A stretch of DNA of 64,000 nt. Origin: Heteronotia binoei. Its lineage: Eukaryota. The notes beneath the pieces were generated by a model, which saw only the letters and a program-made list of their open reading frames with translations, was not told where the DNA came from and did not search any database. Position numbers and translations under genes: made by a program. Below, one piece after another: positions 12,011 to 24,801 of the stretch. Numbering within the stretch: position 1 is the stretch's first letter; every line of letters starts with the position of its first letter. Location of the stretch: assembly GCF_032191835.1 (NCBI RefSeq), contig NC_083226.1, positions 24,180,001 through 24,244,000 of the forward strand, in the 5' to 3' direction.

Positions 12011-14936
12011 ATAAGATAGCAGATGGTAATGCATTACATCTCGTTAACGAGAACGCACGCCGTTGCTGTGGAGCTTGCAGAGAGAAGAAATATGACGCTA
12101 ACTTCCCTACTGAGAGAGAATTATGCAGAGAATAATTGTCAGATTTTTGAGAGCAACAAGACAGGAACGAAGGGAGGGAAGGAGAAGTGGAAAGAAAGGA
12201 ACTTTAACTTCAAATACATTCTCTAAGCTGCCTGCTGGCTGGGCTTGAAAAAGTGATTTAAAGAGAGAAATGCCTTTTCCAAGCCAGCTGATGGGGCAGT
12301 GGGGGCTTTGAGGGCCACACAATATGTGTGAAAGAGCCACAGTTTGGCTACCTCTGACAACGCAAATCACATTGTTGCAGCACAACAACAATGAGGTATC
12401 TATTGCGTGCTCATGCACAGTCCCCTTCAGACAGGCCAGGATTATTCAGTTCTGTTGAAAAGAACAAGGTACACCTGCATAGAGGGAATCATATTGGATA
12501 AAGGTATGGAGCAGAGGTCCATCAGTGGCTATTTGCCACATGATACAGAATGTAACACTATGTCTGGGGCAAGTGATGCTCTGCATTCTTGGTGCTTGGG
12601 GGACAAGAGTGGGATGACTACTGGAGTTCTGGCTCCTCTGGTGGACCTCCTGATGGCGCCTGGGTCTGGGCCACTGTGTGACACAGAGTGTTGGACTGGA
12701 TGGGCCACTGGCCTGATCCAATATGCTCTTATTGATTCAGTACTGCTACAGTCTAAATCACTCCCAGAAAGATTAATCCACAATAGACTTGCCAGCCCCC
12801 AGGTACTGGCTGAAGATCTCTCAGAATTACAGGTGATCTCCAGACGACAGAGATAAATTCCCCTAGAAGAAATGGCTGCTTTGGAGGTGGACTCTCTGGC
12901 ATTATAGCATGCTGAGGTCCTTCCTCTCCCCTAAGTCCTCAGGCTGCACCCCCAAATCTCCAGGAATGTCCTAACTTGGAATTGGCAGCCCTGCTACGCT
13001 CTGCATCCCGCCCCTCCGCCCACTGTGTCTGGAGAACTGCAACACACACTTTTGCACTGCATCTGTATGCACACACTTTTTTTCTTTAATTTCAAAGTTT
13101 TATTTAAAATTTGCAAAACTAAACATAAGAACATAATATCCAGTAACAGGAGCAGGACAAGAATATATACCAAGCAATTCATGCAGTAATTACAAAAGCA
13201 TTGTTGCATAAAACAAACAATTTAGGTGTTAAACATCAATAATAAATGAAATCTAAATATTTTCCAGGCAAACAACAATCCATACTTTTTTGAGAAGCAA
13301 CGTATTTTTAAAAGGGAGATAATTTCTCCTCAAAATCTGCTTCTAACATGTCTTCTACACACTTCTAACATGTCTGCTCTCCCAAGTGTGAATGCAAAAT
13401 CTAAGACCAAAAATCCAAAGCAGAGAGCTCATGCAGTATCAGGTGTGCTGAAATCAGTCCAGGAATTGTTCAGCGGTACTTTCGGAGCTGGAGCTCCAAT
13501 AGGTGCAACATACAGCCTGGTACTCCCTTCCATCAAAAACAGCTGCTCGTTTCATGAGTCAGGCCCTCCTGGCAAGCCAGGCCATGCAACGCCCTTTTTT
13601 CTTTTCTGTTGCCCTTCTCCACCATGCCTGCCAACTGTTGAGCCAGAACTGAAATCAAGCTTGAATGTCTTTATCGTGACTGCTTACATAAAAACCTTTC
13701 TGTTACCTGGAGGCCAAACCAGAAACATTGGACACTGTCTAGGCCAAGCTGAGCACGTTTAATAGAGCTGATTTCTAAGTAGGAAATCTGTTCCGGTGCA
13801 GGGATGCCATCTCTGGTTTGAGAACTTCCTGGAGATTTGGGGGTGAAGCCTGGAGAGAATGGGGTTAAGGAGGGAAGGGACCTCAGCACAGTATAATGCC
13901 ATAGAGTCCCTCCAAAGGAGCTGTTTTCTCCAGGGGAAACTAATAATCTTTATTGCAGGGTGGCCAGACTTGCTTAACATAAATAGAATAGAATAAACAT
14001 CAGATGTTTGAGAGCCGCAAGGAAGGAAGACAGACAGATAGGATTTATAGATTGATTAGATTTATAGATTGATGGATGGGGGAGAGAGAAAGAGGTGGAA
14101 AGAAATCAACTTAAACTTTAAATGCATTCTCCAAGCTAGCCAATGGGGAAGTGGGGGCTTCGAGAGCCACACATGTGGCTCCTGAGCTACAGTTTGGCCA
14201 CCGCTGCTCTATAATCTGATGATCAGTTGTAGTTGCAGGATTTCTCCAGGTGCCACCTGGAGGTTGGCAAGCCTAGTATGTGAGTGCTTAGCTTTCCTAG
14301 TGAAATTAGTGTTTCAACAGATTGTTCCTCTGCGGATCCCTGTGTTGGCACTCCAGCTAAACCTGGGGCCAGAAGCTACCAAATTTAATAACTCTTGAGA
14401 GTTAAGGAAGTGCTTCAGTCTCTGGTTAGATCTTTGGTCAGCCATTGAAAACTGGACAGAATTTCACATCTGTAGAGCACCTGCAACCACGTTGGTCTTT
14501 GTTAAGTTGTGGGTTCAAGACGCTATCATGATTTCAGCATAGCTCTTTTTATTTAGAACAGGCATTCAACACGAGCAGCAAGACCCAACTATATACACAA
14601 TAACCCAACCCAAAACACACCCCCAGAATAAAACACATCAAAAGAACAGGCGCTCGGAATCCTTATTTGCACAGGTGTCATACAATTGATGTTACCTGAT
14701 TGGCCGGCTTGGCAAAGGCAGCCAATCTGAAAGCGGCTGCAAGGAGCCTCTCAAACAATGGGTGTTCACCTGAAGCTTGTGGTGCCCAATAATCTTCCCC
14801 AAAAGAACCTTCCTGAAGAAAACAGACCTTTATCCTTGTAAGGGACATATGAAGTTTTCTTCCCTGTCCCCTTTTTGCATCTACAGATTTCGAGCAACCC
14901 ATATTCCAAGCTTACAACTTGTTATTTGGTTTAGAA

Positions 14937-15996
14937 CAGGGGTGTCGAACTCATTTGTTATGAGGGCCAGATCTGACATAAACGAGACCTTGACATGTGT
15001 GTACCTATTTAAGATTAGGTAGCAGAGATATAAATTTTATAAAGAACACAAACACAAATATATATTTTTTAAAAACTTAAAACATTCTCATTGATGCTTA
15101 AAGATGCTTTCTTTGTATTTCTCCCATGAGAAAGAGGGAACTGGGCAAATAATCTTATTTTTAATGTAAATAAGACGAAGGAAATTATAGTGGATTATAG
15201 GAAGAGTAGTCTGGACATTCAGCCGTTGTTCATTGATGGTGTTATGGTAGAACAGGTGACAGAATGGAAGTTTTTGGGAATTACTATGAAACAGGATCTA
15301 ACATGGGGGGCAAATACTTTAGCTCTAGAGAAAAAGGCCCAGCAACGACTATACTACTTAAGACTCTTAAGATCACAACAACTGTCAGGGAGTCTGCTGG
15401 TTGCCTTTTATCGTAGTTCCATTGAGAGCATTTTATCTTATTGCCTCTGCGTGTGGTTTGGGAGCTGCACGGAAGCAGAGAGAAGGGTGCTCCAAAGAGT
15501 GATGGTAAGAGCACAGAAGATTTGTGGATGTTCTCTCCCCTCATTGGTGGATCTGTATAATATGGGATGTAAAAGGAAGATACAAATGATCTTAAGGGAC
15601 CCTTCACATCCGGGCCACTTGCTATTTGAGATCTTACCGTCAGGTAGGCGATATAGAGTGTTGAAGGCTAAGACAAATAGAATCAAGGGTAGCTTCTATC
15701 CAAGTGCCGTGGTTAGGCTAAATGCAGGGTTATGAATGGTTATTTGTTTTTAGATGCATTTAAATGGTCTATGTATATGTTCTTTTTTGGGGGTGTTGAT
15801 GTGTTGGTATGTTTGTGGAAGAGCACCTCATTTCGTTGCTCTCATTTTCTTTTTTGAGAACAATGACAATAAATTTATCTATCTATCTATCAAAGAAAGC
15901 TCTGGCTCTTTCCTTCCTTCCCCAGTTGCTCGGGGGCCTGATAGGAGCCCTCCGGGGGCCTGATTCGGCTCCCGAACTGCATGTTTGACACCCCTG
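14937..15996. mobile_element. hAT MITE (same family) interrupted by the Rex1 insertion
   Basis: caggggtgtcgaac...gtttgacacccctg termini; TSD gtttagaa/gcatagaa. Confidence 0.8.
15148..15891 (+). mobile_element. 5'-truncated Rex1/Babar-clade non-LTR retrotransposon
   Basis: Open RT C-terminus NVNKTKEIIVDYRK..KAQQRLYYLRLLR..SSIESIL..DPSHPGHLLFEILPSGRRYR..SFYPSAVVRLN. 3'UTR with aataaa and a (tatc)n tail. Confidence 0.85.
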
Positions 15997-16054
15997 GCAT
16001 AGAAAGTTTTAATGAAGTTTGTGATGCATATTTTCGCCACAACTACATATCAGT

Positions 16055-16255
16055 TTTGCCCTGACCTGGATGGGGCAGACTAGTCCAAACTTGTCAGACC
16101 TCAGAAGCTAAGCAGGATCAGCCCTTATTAGGACTTGGATGAGAGACTACCAAAGAAGTCCAGGGTTGCTATGCAGAGGCAGAAAAAGGCAAACCACCTC
16201 TGGAGTCCATTGCCCTGAAAACCCTACAGTAGCCATAAGCTGGCTATGACTCAAC
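16055..16255 (+). mobile_element. 5S rRNA-derived SINE (5S-Sauria-like); copies at ~11190-11382, ~30538-30740 (+) and ~4300-4475 (-)
   Basis: 5S-like core tcagacctcagaagctaagcagg..ttaggacttggatgagagac fused to a Sauria/RTE-type tail ggcaaaccacctc..gaaaaccctac..gccataag. Confidence 0.75.
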
Positions 16256-16327
16256 ATCTCATTTCATCTCAATATATGCATTTCACATATAGATCCATCC
16301 ATTTTTGGACACTTGATATCTCATTTG

Positions 16328-16328
16328 T

Positions 16329-16362
<34 letters not shown>

Positions 16363-16425
16363 GAGATATATATTAAATTTCACAAGAAAATTTATTAAGA
16401 AAGTTTTAAAAAATACAGAATTAAA

Positions 16426-16455
<30 letters not shown>
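16328..16455. repeat. (CT)n, (TG)n and (TA)n microsatellites; also a CT-rich tract at 35085-35185
   Basis: Directly visible. Confidence 0.9.
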
Positions 16456-16457
<2 letters not shown>

Positions 16458-17379
16458 CACATACAATACAATATATATCAATGCAATACATCAACGGAAA
16501 CTTAAGATAAAGGTTCATTTTGAATATAGAGGTAACATGACTTAAGACACTAAGAGCATTCAATCATAACTGTATCATGTGAATTAAACCTGAAGCATAC
16601 ACAGTAGCATCCAAGATAACATTCAAAATCGAACAACCAGAGAGTGTATTAAGCAGATAGGGATAATAAATAAGTAAATGAGTAAATGATTAAATAAATA
16701 AGAGGAAGTAAATTATAAAAGAGAAATTATAAGATGAAAAACCACACCACCACCAACATATACGTGAAATACATAGCCAAAATAACATTTGAACATAAAA
16801 GGACAATCACTCCTGTACCTCAAGGAGAAGAGTAAGAGCTAGAAGTAGAAGAAAAAAGTTAAAAGTAAAGTAGGGACATTTGAGTAGGATTGTATAGAGG
16901 AGTTTCTTGGGATGTGGCATAGCTCACAAAAGGAAGTCACTTAGCAGAAAAGTTGGAAGAGTTGGATTGCTGAAGGTTGGAATTGATTTTGTCCATTTGC
17001 TCTATATTTAGGCGTTATGATGGACAGAATGTTTTAAAAGGTTTGTTCTCATATGATTCATGCAGGGCTTTTTTGAGGTGGGAGTGCACAGGAACGGAGC
17101 TCCACCTGGGATGGCCGGGGCTCCGCTTGGCATGCTGGGGGAGGCATCTTTAAATGCCCTCAGTGGCTTCAGCCTTCCTCAGCATGCCTGCTGGGGAAGG
17201 CACGGGGAGCACCTGTAGGGCTTCCTCTACCAAAAAACCCCCCTGGATTTATGTATTGTATCTTTATCAACTAATGTCCCCTGCTGTAGCATGTACAGTT
17301 GATTAATGAAGACGGTGGTTGCTGTGGATAAGAACAAAAGAGAAGCCCTCCCGCTGTTGCCCTCCAAGCACTGAGAATA

Positions 17380-18470
17380 CAGAGCATCACTTCTTCAAAC
17401 AGAATATTCTCTCTATACCTTGTAGCTAATAGCTGTTGATGGGGCCCTGCTCCATATGTTGATCTGATCCCTCTTGAAGCTGTCTATGCTTGTAGCTGCC
17501 ACCACTTCTTGTGGCAGTGAATTTCACAAGTTAATTATTCCATGTTGACTCTTCCTCAGTAGCTTTTGTTCATCGATGTGCTTACTAATTCTGTCATTAA
17601 TAATGGATTCTGTCATTAATAACTTACCTGGTATTGACATTAGACTAACTGGCCTGTACTTTCCCAGATCTCCTCTAGAACCTTTTTAAAAAGATCATAT
17701 TAAAACAATTGTCTTTCCTAATACTTATTATAGCATAGATTTTATCTTCTGTGTTGAAGCTTTTAAGAGCCAGTTTGGTGTAGTGGTTAAGTGTGCGAAC
17801 TCTTATCTGGGAGAACCGAGTTTGATCCCCCACTCCTCCACTTGCTTCTGCTGGAATGGCCTTGGGTTTAGCTGTAGCTATCACAGAGGTTGTCCTTGAA
17901 AGGGCAGCTGCTATGAGAGTCCTCTCAGCCCCACCCTTCTGTTGTGGGGGGAGAAGATATAGGATATTGTAAGCTGCTCTGAGTCTCTGAGTTCAGAGAG
18001 AAGGGCGAGGTATAAATCTGCAATCTTCGTCTTCTTAAATTCTTGTTTTTTACTTGATCTGTGACCGTAAATAAACTGACTGACTGACAGATCTGGGTTA
18101 CATTAACTACCTTTCAGCCTTCAGGAATGGAGGCAGATTTTAGTGATAGACTGCATATTTTTAGCCAAAGATCCACAAATTCACATTTGAGTTCCTCCCG
18201 AACTCTTGGATATATGCCATCTGGGCCTGGTGATCTGTCAGTTTTTAATTTGTTCATCAATCATAGAATCTCCTCACTCGTCATCTCAATCCAACTCAGG
18301 TCTTTTGACACCCCTCCTGAAATTGGTTTTTCTGGAATGGGCAAGCGCCTCCCATATTCCCAATCGATTACAGCATCTTACAGATAGAGTATGGGAGGGG
18401 GGAAATGCATCCTTCTCTATTACTAAGCTCAGCATATATTATGCAAAATAGCCACAAGGAAAATAAATTG
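17380..18470 (-). mobile_element. Degraded CR1 fragments, interrupted by a SINE
   Basis: The - strand reads FKKGSRGDLGKYRPVSLMSIPGK near 17620-17690; CR1 3'-end sequence at 17400-17545. Confidence 0.6.
17766..18037 (+). mobile_element. tRNA-derived SINE (Squam3-like); other + copies at ~6187-6454, 20664-20930, 36822-37070 and 51295-51460
   Basis: A-box (ggtgtagtggtt) and B-box (gtttgatccc) head, conserved body ctctcagccccacc..cctcacagggt, simple-repeat tail. Confidence 0.8.
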
Positions 18471-18596
18471 TGCCAATAAGAGGGATCGTGCGGATTTTGG
18501 TTGATATGCTTAATGTATCCAGGGTGCAGCGTTCATTCTCAGCATCAGATTTGAATTGCCTGGCTGAATTTTTTTTTTTTAGGGAAGTAAGAACTT

Positions 18597-18815
18597 GGGG
18601 AGGGACGGTGGCTCAATGGTAGAGCATCTGCTTGGGAAGCAGAAGGTCCCAGGTTCAATCCCTGGCATCTCCAAAAAAAGGGTCCAGGTAAATAGGTGTG
18701 AAAATCCTCAGCTTGAGACCCTGGAGAGCCGCTGCCAGTCTGAGAAGACAATACTGACTTTGATGGATCAAGGGTCTGATTCAGTATAAGGCAGCTTCAT
18801 ATATTCATATGTTCA
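18597..18815 (+). mobile_element. tRNA-derived SINE (Squam2-like); copies at 37888-38108, ~36430-36612, ~54447-54647 (+) and ~6470-6580 (-)
   Basis: ggtggctcaatggtagagcatc..ggttcaatccctggc head; tail shared with CR1 3' ends (tatgttc). Confidence 0.75.
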
Positions 18816-19044
18816 ACTCATCTCTGGGTATGCCTGTAGTAGATTTGGGGTTATTTCTCAGTTCAGGGAGTCTAGACTAAGAAAACGCGATCATACTGTT
18901 TGCCTCTAGGACTGAAACCAAACATTAAGAAGGCATCGGGTTCAAATTAGATGTTACTTCTTTTAATGTGTGAGGTCCAGGCTGCCCAGTCCAACTTGCT
19001 CTCCTTGCAGCCAGATCCAGATGGGCAGCCATGTTGGTTTGAAG

Positions 19045-19300
19045 CAGTAGAACAAAGTAGGAGTCAAGTGCATCTTTAAGACCAACAAAGTTTTATTCAG
19101 AACGTAACTTTTCGTGTGCTCCAAGCACACTTCATCAGACGAAGAATCAGGTACAATGGGCAGAGCTACATATAGCTGGTAGGCAGTGGCTTAGCTTGCA
19201 AAATGGTACAAATTTAAGATCCACTGACAGAATAGTAAAATTAACAAATTGAGCAAACCTTTGATCTGGGTAGCATGCAGCCAGGCTTCATCAGAGGGGA
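19045..19300. mobile_element. Penelope-like element terminal fragment; related pieces at ~3215-3416 and ~10355-10440
   Basis: ttaagaccaac..ttttattc..cacacttcatcagacgaag motif typical of the reverse complement of vertebrate Penelope ends (recalled). Confidence 0.5.
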
Positions 19301-20289
19301 ATTAATTTTTTAAGTGCTGCAGCAGCCCAGTTCAGATTGGGAATGTGGCATGGGTGAGAGGGGAGACTTCAGCCTGCCTCCATACAATTTCCCCAGGCTG
19401 AAATGGCCTGGGAGGGCATTGCTTACCCCATTTTGGAGCTGCAAATGCTTTGTCATGTGTGAATTGGCTCGTCAGTGAGAAGTATGAACTGAGCGTCAGA
19501 GACCGCTGTCTGACTGAGGTAGCAAACCTGTGTCTGGGCTCTACTGTTTCAGAGGAAGGCTGGCCTCACCAAATGTTACTGCATATTAGAAATTCCTGGC
19601 ACACAAAGAATGAGATGTTGATGAGGAAGTTTTAGCCCAGCCTTATCCCGGACATCTGATTTTGTATGAGAAGGAAATTTTAAAAAATCTGGATGTGGAA
19701 GAGCTCGGATTCATGTGAGCTCCTACCTTCAGTCTGAACTGATACAGCTCAAATACAGGCTTCCCACCTCAGCCACAATTCACCCTGATAGGGCTGGGTA
19801 AACTGTTGAAAAACATGAGGAGAATATTGCTTACTATCCTTTTGGTTATGGAAGCCAAGATAGTAGATAATGTCATGTGTGTGAACAAGCAAATAATTAC
19901 CTCACACTTGTTCAATAAAGATGTCAGAAAATCAGGATGCTCTGGGCTAATTCTTGCTGGGTTAGAGTACGTACCTCTCATGAAGAACACAAAGCAATCT
20001 GAGACTGAGGCCTTGCTTTCACACACCACAGATGAGATAGCTGTGTCTAGACTGTCAGGACTCATGTGCTTGAATGCTTCTCTGTATAAAATGAAATTCC
20101 CTGCAGCTAGAAAACCAGCCAACCGGGAGAAGGATAAGCTACATCCCTTCATGGAGAATTCATCCCCCTTAAACTGTTATGTTGCTTACGTTCATCATAA
20201 AATCAAAGGTGGCATTTCAGAGTTTGTTGTTCACATTAATCTTCCATCTCTGTTTTGTCTGCCTTGATACCTCGGTGGTTTCTCTCCAG

Positions 20290-20427
20290 GCCTCTCCATG
20301 TGTACAGCTGCGGTCAGGACTCTGAGATCTGGGAGCAGCCTTTCAACACATACGATTGCATGCCATCTGAACGGATATTACAACTATCGGAACCAAAGTT
20401 GTGCTCATCAATCTATCTGGAACGGAG
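20290..20427 (+). CDS. THEGL: THEGL exon: PLHVYSCGQDSEIWEQPFNTYDCMPSERILQLSEPKLCSSIYLER(R)
   Basis: tctctccag| and |gtgaga, 138 nt, phase 2/2. Matches recalled YHSCGRESVIWE..PSKRIQRLSQP. Confidence 0.9.
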
Positions 20428-22543
20428 GTGAGACACGCATTCACGCACACACACAACAGCAAAAGCTGTGTGGATTGAGAGGGATTTTCACCCCAAGATT
20501 CGTAAGGGGTAATCTCTTTGGAAAAGGATGATGGTCTTTTTAAAAAGTATGCTCCGTAGCTGTAATTCTCTGAATTGCTACACCTAGAACCAGCTGCTTT
20601 TCATTTCTTTGCAGTAGAATCATAGAGTTGGAAGGGACCTCCAGGGTCATCTAGTCCAAACTGAGAGCCAGTTTGGTGTAGTGGTTAAGTACACAGATTG
20701 TTATCTGGGAGAACCAGGTTTGATTCCCCACTCCTCCACTTGCAGCTGATGGAATGGCCTTGGGTCAGCCATAGCTATCGCAGGAGTTGTCCTTGAAATG
20801 GCAGCTGCTGTAAGAACTCTCTCAGCCCCACCTACCTCACAGGGTATCTGTTGGGGGTGGGGAGGGAAAGGAGATTGTGAGCCTCTGAGATTCAGAATAT
20901 AAATCCAATATCATCATCATCTTCTTCTTCCACAATGCAGGAAATTCACAAATACCTCTGAGGATTGTTTCATACAGTCTAGAGGGTTTGTTTCGAGGTA
21001 GTGAAGGTTGTTTTGTATGGGGCAGTGCAAGTATCCCTCCAACAACGTGTTTGTGAAGAAATCATGCAGGAGGTGGCTACAATGTGGCCCTTCTGACCTT
21101 CAAGTTTATTCTTATTTCATTTCCTTCATTTATACATCCTGCTGTTCTCCCCAGTGGAGTCCCAAAGCTCCTACCCTTCATTTTATCCTCACAACAACCC
21201 TATGAGGTAGGTTAGGCTGAAAGTGTGTGAGTGGCCCAAGGTCAGCCGGCAGGTTTCTATGACAGAGTAGGGATTCGAACCTGCATCTCCTGGATCCTAG
21301 TCTGACAAAAGGCAAAGACAAGGAAAAAATAGTGCTATCTGTCTGTCTCCAGAACTTCCTCCCAGTTGTAGGCTCTGCCTCTCAGGCCAAGAGCCAAAGG
21401 GCTTGTGGCTTTTGGCTAGAGCTAGAACTCCATCTTAGAAAGGTCACCAGCAAGAAAGGAGCAAGGCAGAGCCTGAACTGTAGGGTTTTACATTAGTTGT
21501 CTGGCATTCTCAGTCCTTCCCCAAACAATTTATTTGGTAGAAGAATAGTGTAATCTTAAACGGAGTTACACACCTATATTTAGAAGGGTGTGACTCTGCA
21601 TAGGATTGTGCTAGAAATATAACACTTCTTGCATTTAAATGGCCCTTAACTGCTAGTGGAACAGCCCTTATTGCCTGGTGAACATAAAACCTGTACTGGT
21701 TGGCATGCTTACGTGCATGACAGACATTCCTCCTCCTTTTTCAACTCATGCTAATCAAGTATTTGCATAAGAGTGAAAAGCAAACTTTGCCTACCACAAG
21801 AATGATATCTAAGCATTTAAGCAGTCCATCTGCTTCACAGTCAGACCTCCCATTTGCTGGAATATGAAGAGGTGGTTCCTTAAATGTAAAAACTCCAGAT
21901 GACTGGATGACGACAAGTCAGAGTCTAGCAGGGGTGTAAGCCCTCCATGGAAGTAAAATGTTGGCACTCCAGAGCTTCTGGATTTGTCTGAATCTGAAGT
22001 AGGGATTAGAAAGTAGTGGTTAATCCTAGACTAATTACAGCCAAATCCTTTGTGACAGTGGGCTGTGTGGGAAGGTTATAGTCTCAGGAACAAGGGAGCC
22101 AAAAAAGGGATGAAATTGCTAATTTATTTCCAGAAGGCTGGACATCTAGGTGGTGCCAGAGGGTGGAATAAGGGCACTGTGGGTGGAGCCTGGCAGAATC
22201 TAGACTTTACATTAATTTTTTTTCCAACCTTCCTAGTGGTGACTTGAGAGAATATGGCAGGGGTGGCCAAACTTGCTTCACATAAGAGTCACATTTATTT
22301 GTTTGTTTGTTTAGGTAAATTTATATTCTGCCCTTTCCCAGGCAAGCTCAAGGCAGATTACATCCAAGTAAAACCAGTCAAATACAATAAAACCAATAAA
22401 GTGCAATTAAAATGAACAACACAACACAGTACTATATAACAAAGGCGGGCGGGCTCATAGTGCAGGTGGAGTAGAATCAATGGCCCAGATATAATAATTC
22501 AGATGACAGATCACTATGGGGGAGGATAACCAATGGTATAGGC

Positions 22544-22669
22544 CAGGGGTGGCCAACGGTAGCTCTCCAGACGTTTTGCCTACAACTCCCATCAGCCAGC
22601 ATGGCCATTGACGGGTTGATGGGAGTTGTAGGCAAAAAACATCTGGAGAGCTACCGATGGCCACTCCTG
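22544..22669. mobile_element. Short palindromic hAT MITE nested in a larger MITE
   Basis: Arms caggggtggccaacggtagctctccagacgttttgcctacaactcccatca and their near-perfect reverse complement. Confidence 0.8.
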
Positions 22670-23812
22670 GTAGGCAATAAGGAGATTATTACAACATAGA
22701 ATAAATGTCAGATATCTGAGAGCCACAAGATATGAACATCAGAGAGAGAGAAGGAAGATGAAGGGAGAAGGAGTGGTGGAAAGAAAGCAACTTTAACTTT
22801 AAATACGTTCTCCAAGCCACTGGCTGGTTTGGAAAAGTGATTTGAAGAGACAAATGCCTTCCCCAAGCTGACCAATGGGGCAGTGGGGGCTTCAAGAGCC
22901 ACACAATTTGCATGAAAGAGCCACATGTGGCTCCCGAGCTGCAGTTTGGCCACCTTTGGAATATGGCTTCACAGATCAGATGTAGCCCTAGCCAGGCTCT
23001 TTAGAAAAAGTCACTGAGAATGAGATCCCTCTCCAGAATTATAACTTCGCTTGTAGACTCTTGAATCTTTCCTCCAGTTTTGCAGCTTTCCCACAGTTGC
23101 GACTAAAAACAGCAAAGGGGGGTGGGAAGAAACAGCTGATGTCATGGGAAAAGGAGCGACTGGTCTTAAGAGGATGAAAATATGAAAAGCTATTCCTGGA
23201 AAACAACGGCTCGCCCCTCCCCACCCCGAGAACCGGGTCCTGGCAGGTGCTGAGCCCTCTGCAAAGTCCCATCTCAGCAAAAATGAGATGCTCTGCTTGT
23301 TCCTTCGCATTTGCAAGCCTGCCAAAATGCGGGGCGGAGGGCAGTATATGTGCTGCAAGATGTGTATATTGTGAAGATGTGAGGGAGAGGAGGTGTGCAG
23401 AGATCTCTGCTGGGGGTGGTGGGGGCCACCTCCCATCAAAGGCGGCAGGCGAGTTTTGCTCCCATTGGAATGGGGCCAGGTTAGCGTTTCATTGGCTGTA
23501 TAGGAGCGAATAGCTTTCATTTATGTGGGCCAAAGTAAAAGTGCATTCAGGGAGGGGCGCTAATCCCTGCCCTCTTCCCTCTGTGATGCCAGCTGCTGAG
23601 AATCAGTCCTGCTATTCACTGCACAAATCTTCCTTTGTTTGTTTTAGTTTAAACTTACCCTCCCAGGACCTCTTGAGGGTGCACCTGGTCCTCTGCTCCC
23701 ATATTATCTTCATCATAACCCTGTGACGTAGGCTAAACCGAAGGAAAATGGCTGTCTCGCCATCACTCAGCAAGCAGAGTAGGGATTTGAATCCTGGTCT
23801 CCTCAGTTGTCT

Positions 23813-24292
23813 CATAGAATCATAGAGTTGGAAGGGACCTCCAGGGTCATCTAGTCCAACCCCCTGCACAATGCAGGAAACTCACAAATACCTCCCCCTA
23901 AAATCACAGGATCTTTATTGCTGTCAGATGGCCATCTAGCCTCTGTTTAAAAACCTCCAAGGAAGGAGAGCCCACAACCTCCCGAGGAAGCCTGCTCCAC
24001 TGAGGAATTGCTCTGTCATGAAGTTCTTCCTCATGTTGAGCCAGAAACTCTTTTGATTTAATTTCAACCCACTGGTTCTGGTCCTACCTTCTGGGGCCAC
24101 AGAAAACAATTCCACACCATCCTCTATATGACAGCCCTTCAAGTACTTAAAGATGGTGATCATATCACCTCTCAGCCGCCTCTTCAGGCTAAACATGCCC
24201 AGCTCCTTCAACCTTTCTTCATAGGACTTGGTCTCCAGACCCCTCACCATCTTCTTCTCTTCCGGCATCTGCTCCAGTCCTGTTGACCAGGT
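23813..24292 (-). mobile_element. CR1 LINE 3' fragment
   Basis: ETKSYEERLKELGMFSL..RLRGDMITIFKYLKG; (ctatgatt)n tail. Confidence 0.9.
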
Positions 24293-24618
24293 GTGCACTG
24301 GCAGTTCTATGCAATCATTCTGCAGAATGCAATCACTAGGAACGTGGGGGCCTTGTCTGGATTAGGTCCACAGTGGGTAGGAATGTGGCACACACACACA
24401 CAAACATGGCCTACTGATCTGAAATGGCTTCGGGGTGCCAATATTTGCCCTACTGGGGAAAGAAACATGGCCTGATGGGCTATATAGCTTTTCCCAGTGA
24501 GGCAAATGCTGGTGCCTTTTCAGGCTGGGAAAAATGCAGGGAAAGGTGTAAGCACCTTCTTTCTGTGTGCCACTGCCCCAGTCTGAATTGGGTTCTCACC
24601 TAGGAACTAAGTTCTGAG

Positions 24619-24801
24619 CAGGGCTTTTTTTTTGTAGCAGGAACTCCTTTGCATATTAGGCCACACACCCCTGATGTAGCCAATCCTCCAAGAGCTTACA
24701 GTAGGCCCTGTACGGAGACCTGTAAGCTCTTGAAGGGTTGGCTACATAAGAGGGATGTGGCCTAATATGCAAGTGAGTTCCTGTTGCAAAAAAAAGCCCT
24801 G
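24619..24801. mobile_element. Fold-back hAT MITE (CAGGGCTTTTTT family)
   Basis: Perfect TSD gttctgag. Confidence 0.9.

Noticed and set aside
16075-16160. 5S rRNA gene
   Set aside because: Diverged, partial and fused to a retroposon tail; it is a SINE head.
18597-18680. tRNA gene candidates at SINE heads
   Set aside because: A and B boxes are present, but the sequence continues into multi-copy SINE bodies with no complete cloverleaf.
19769-20267. Overlapping 153-aa (+) and 127-aa (-) ORFs in a THEGL intron
   Set aside because: No recognisable domain or fitting splice phases; the + ORF ends in the polypyrimidine tract of the real exon.
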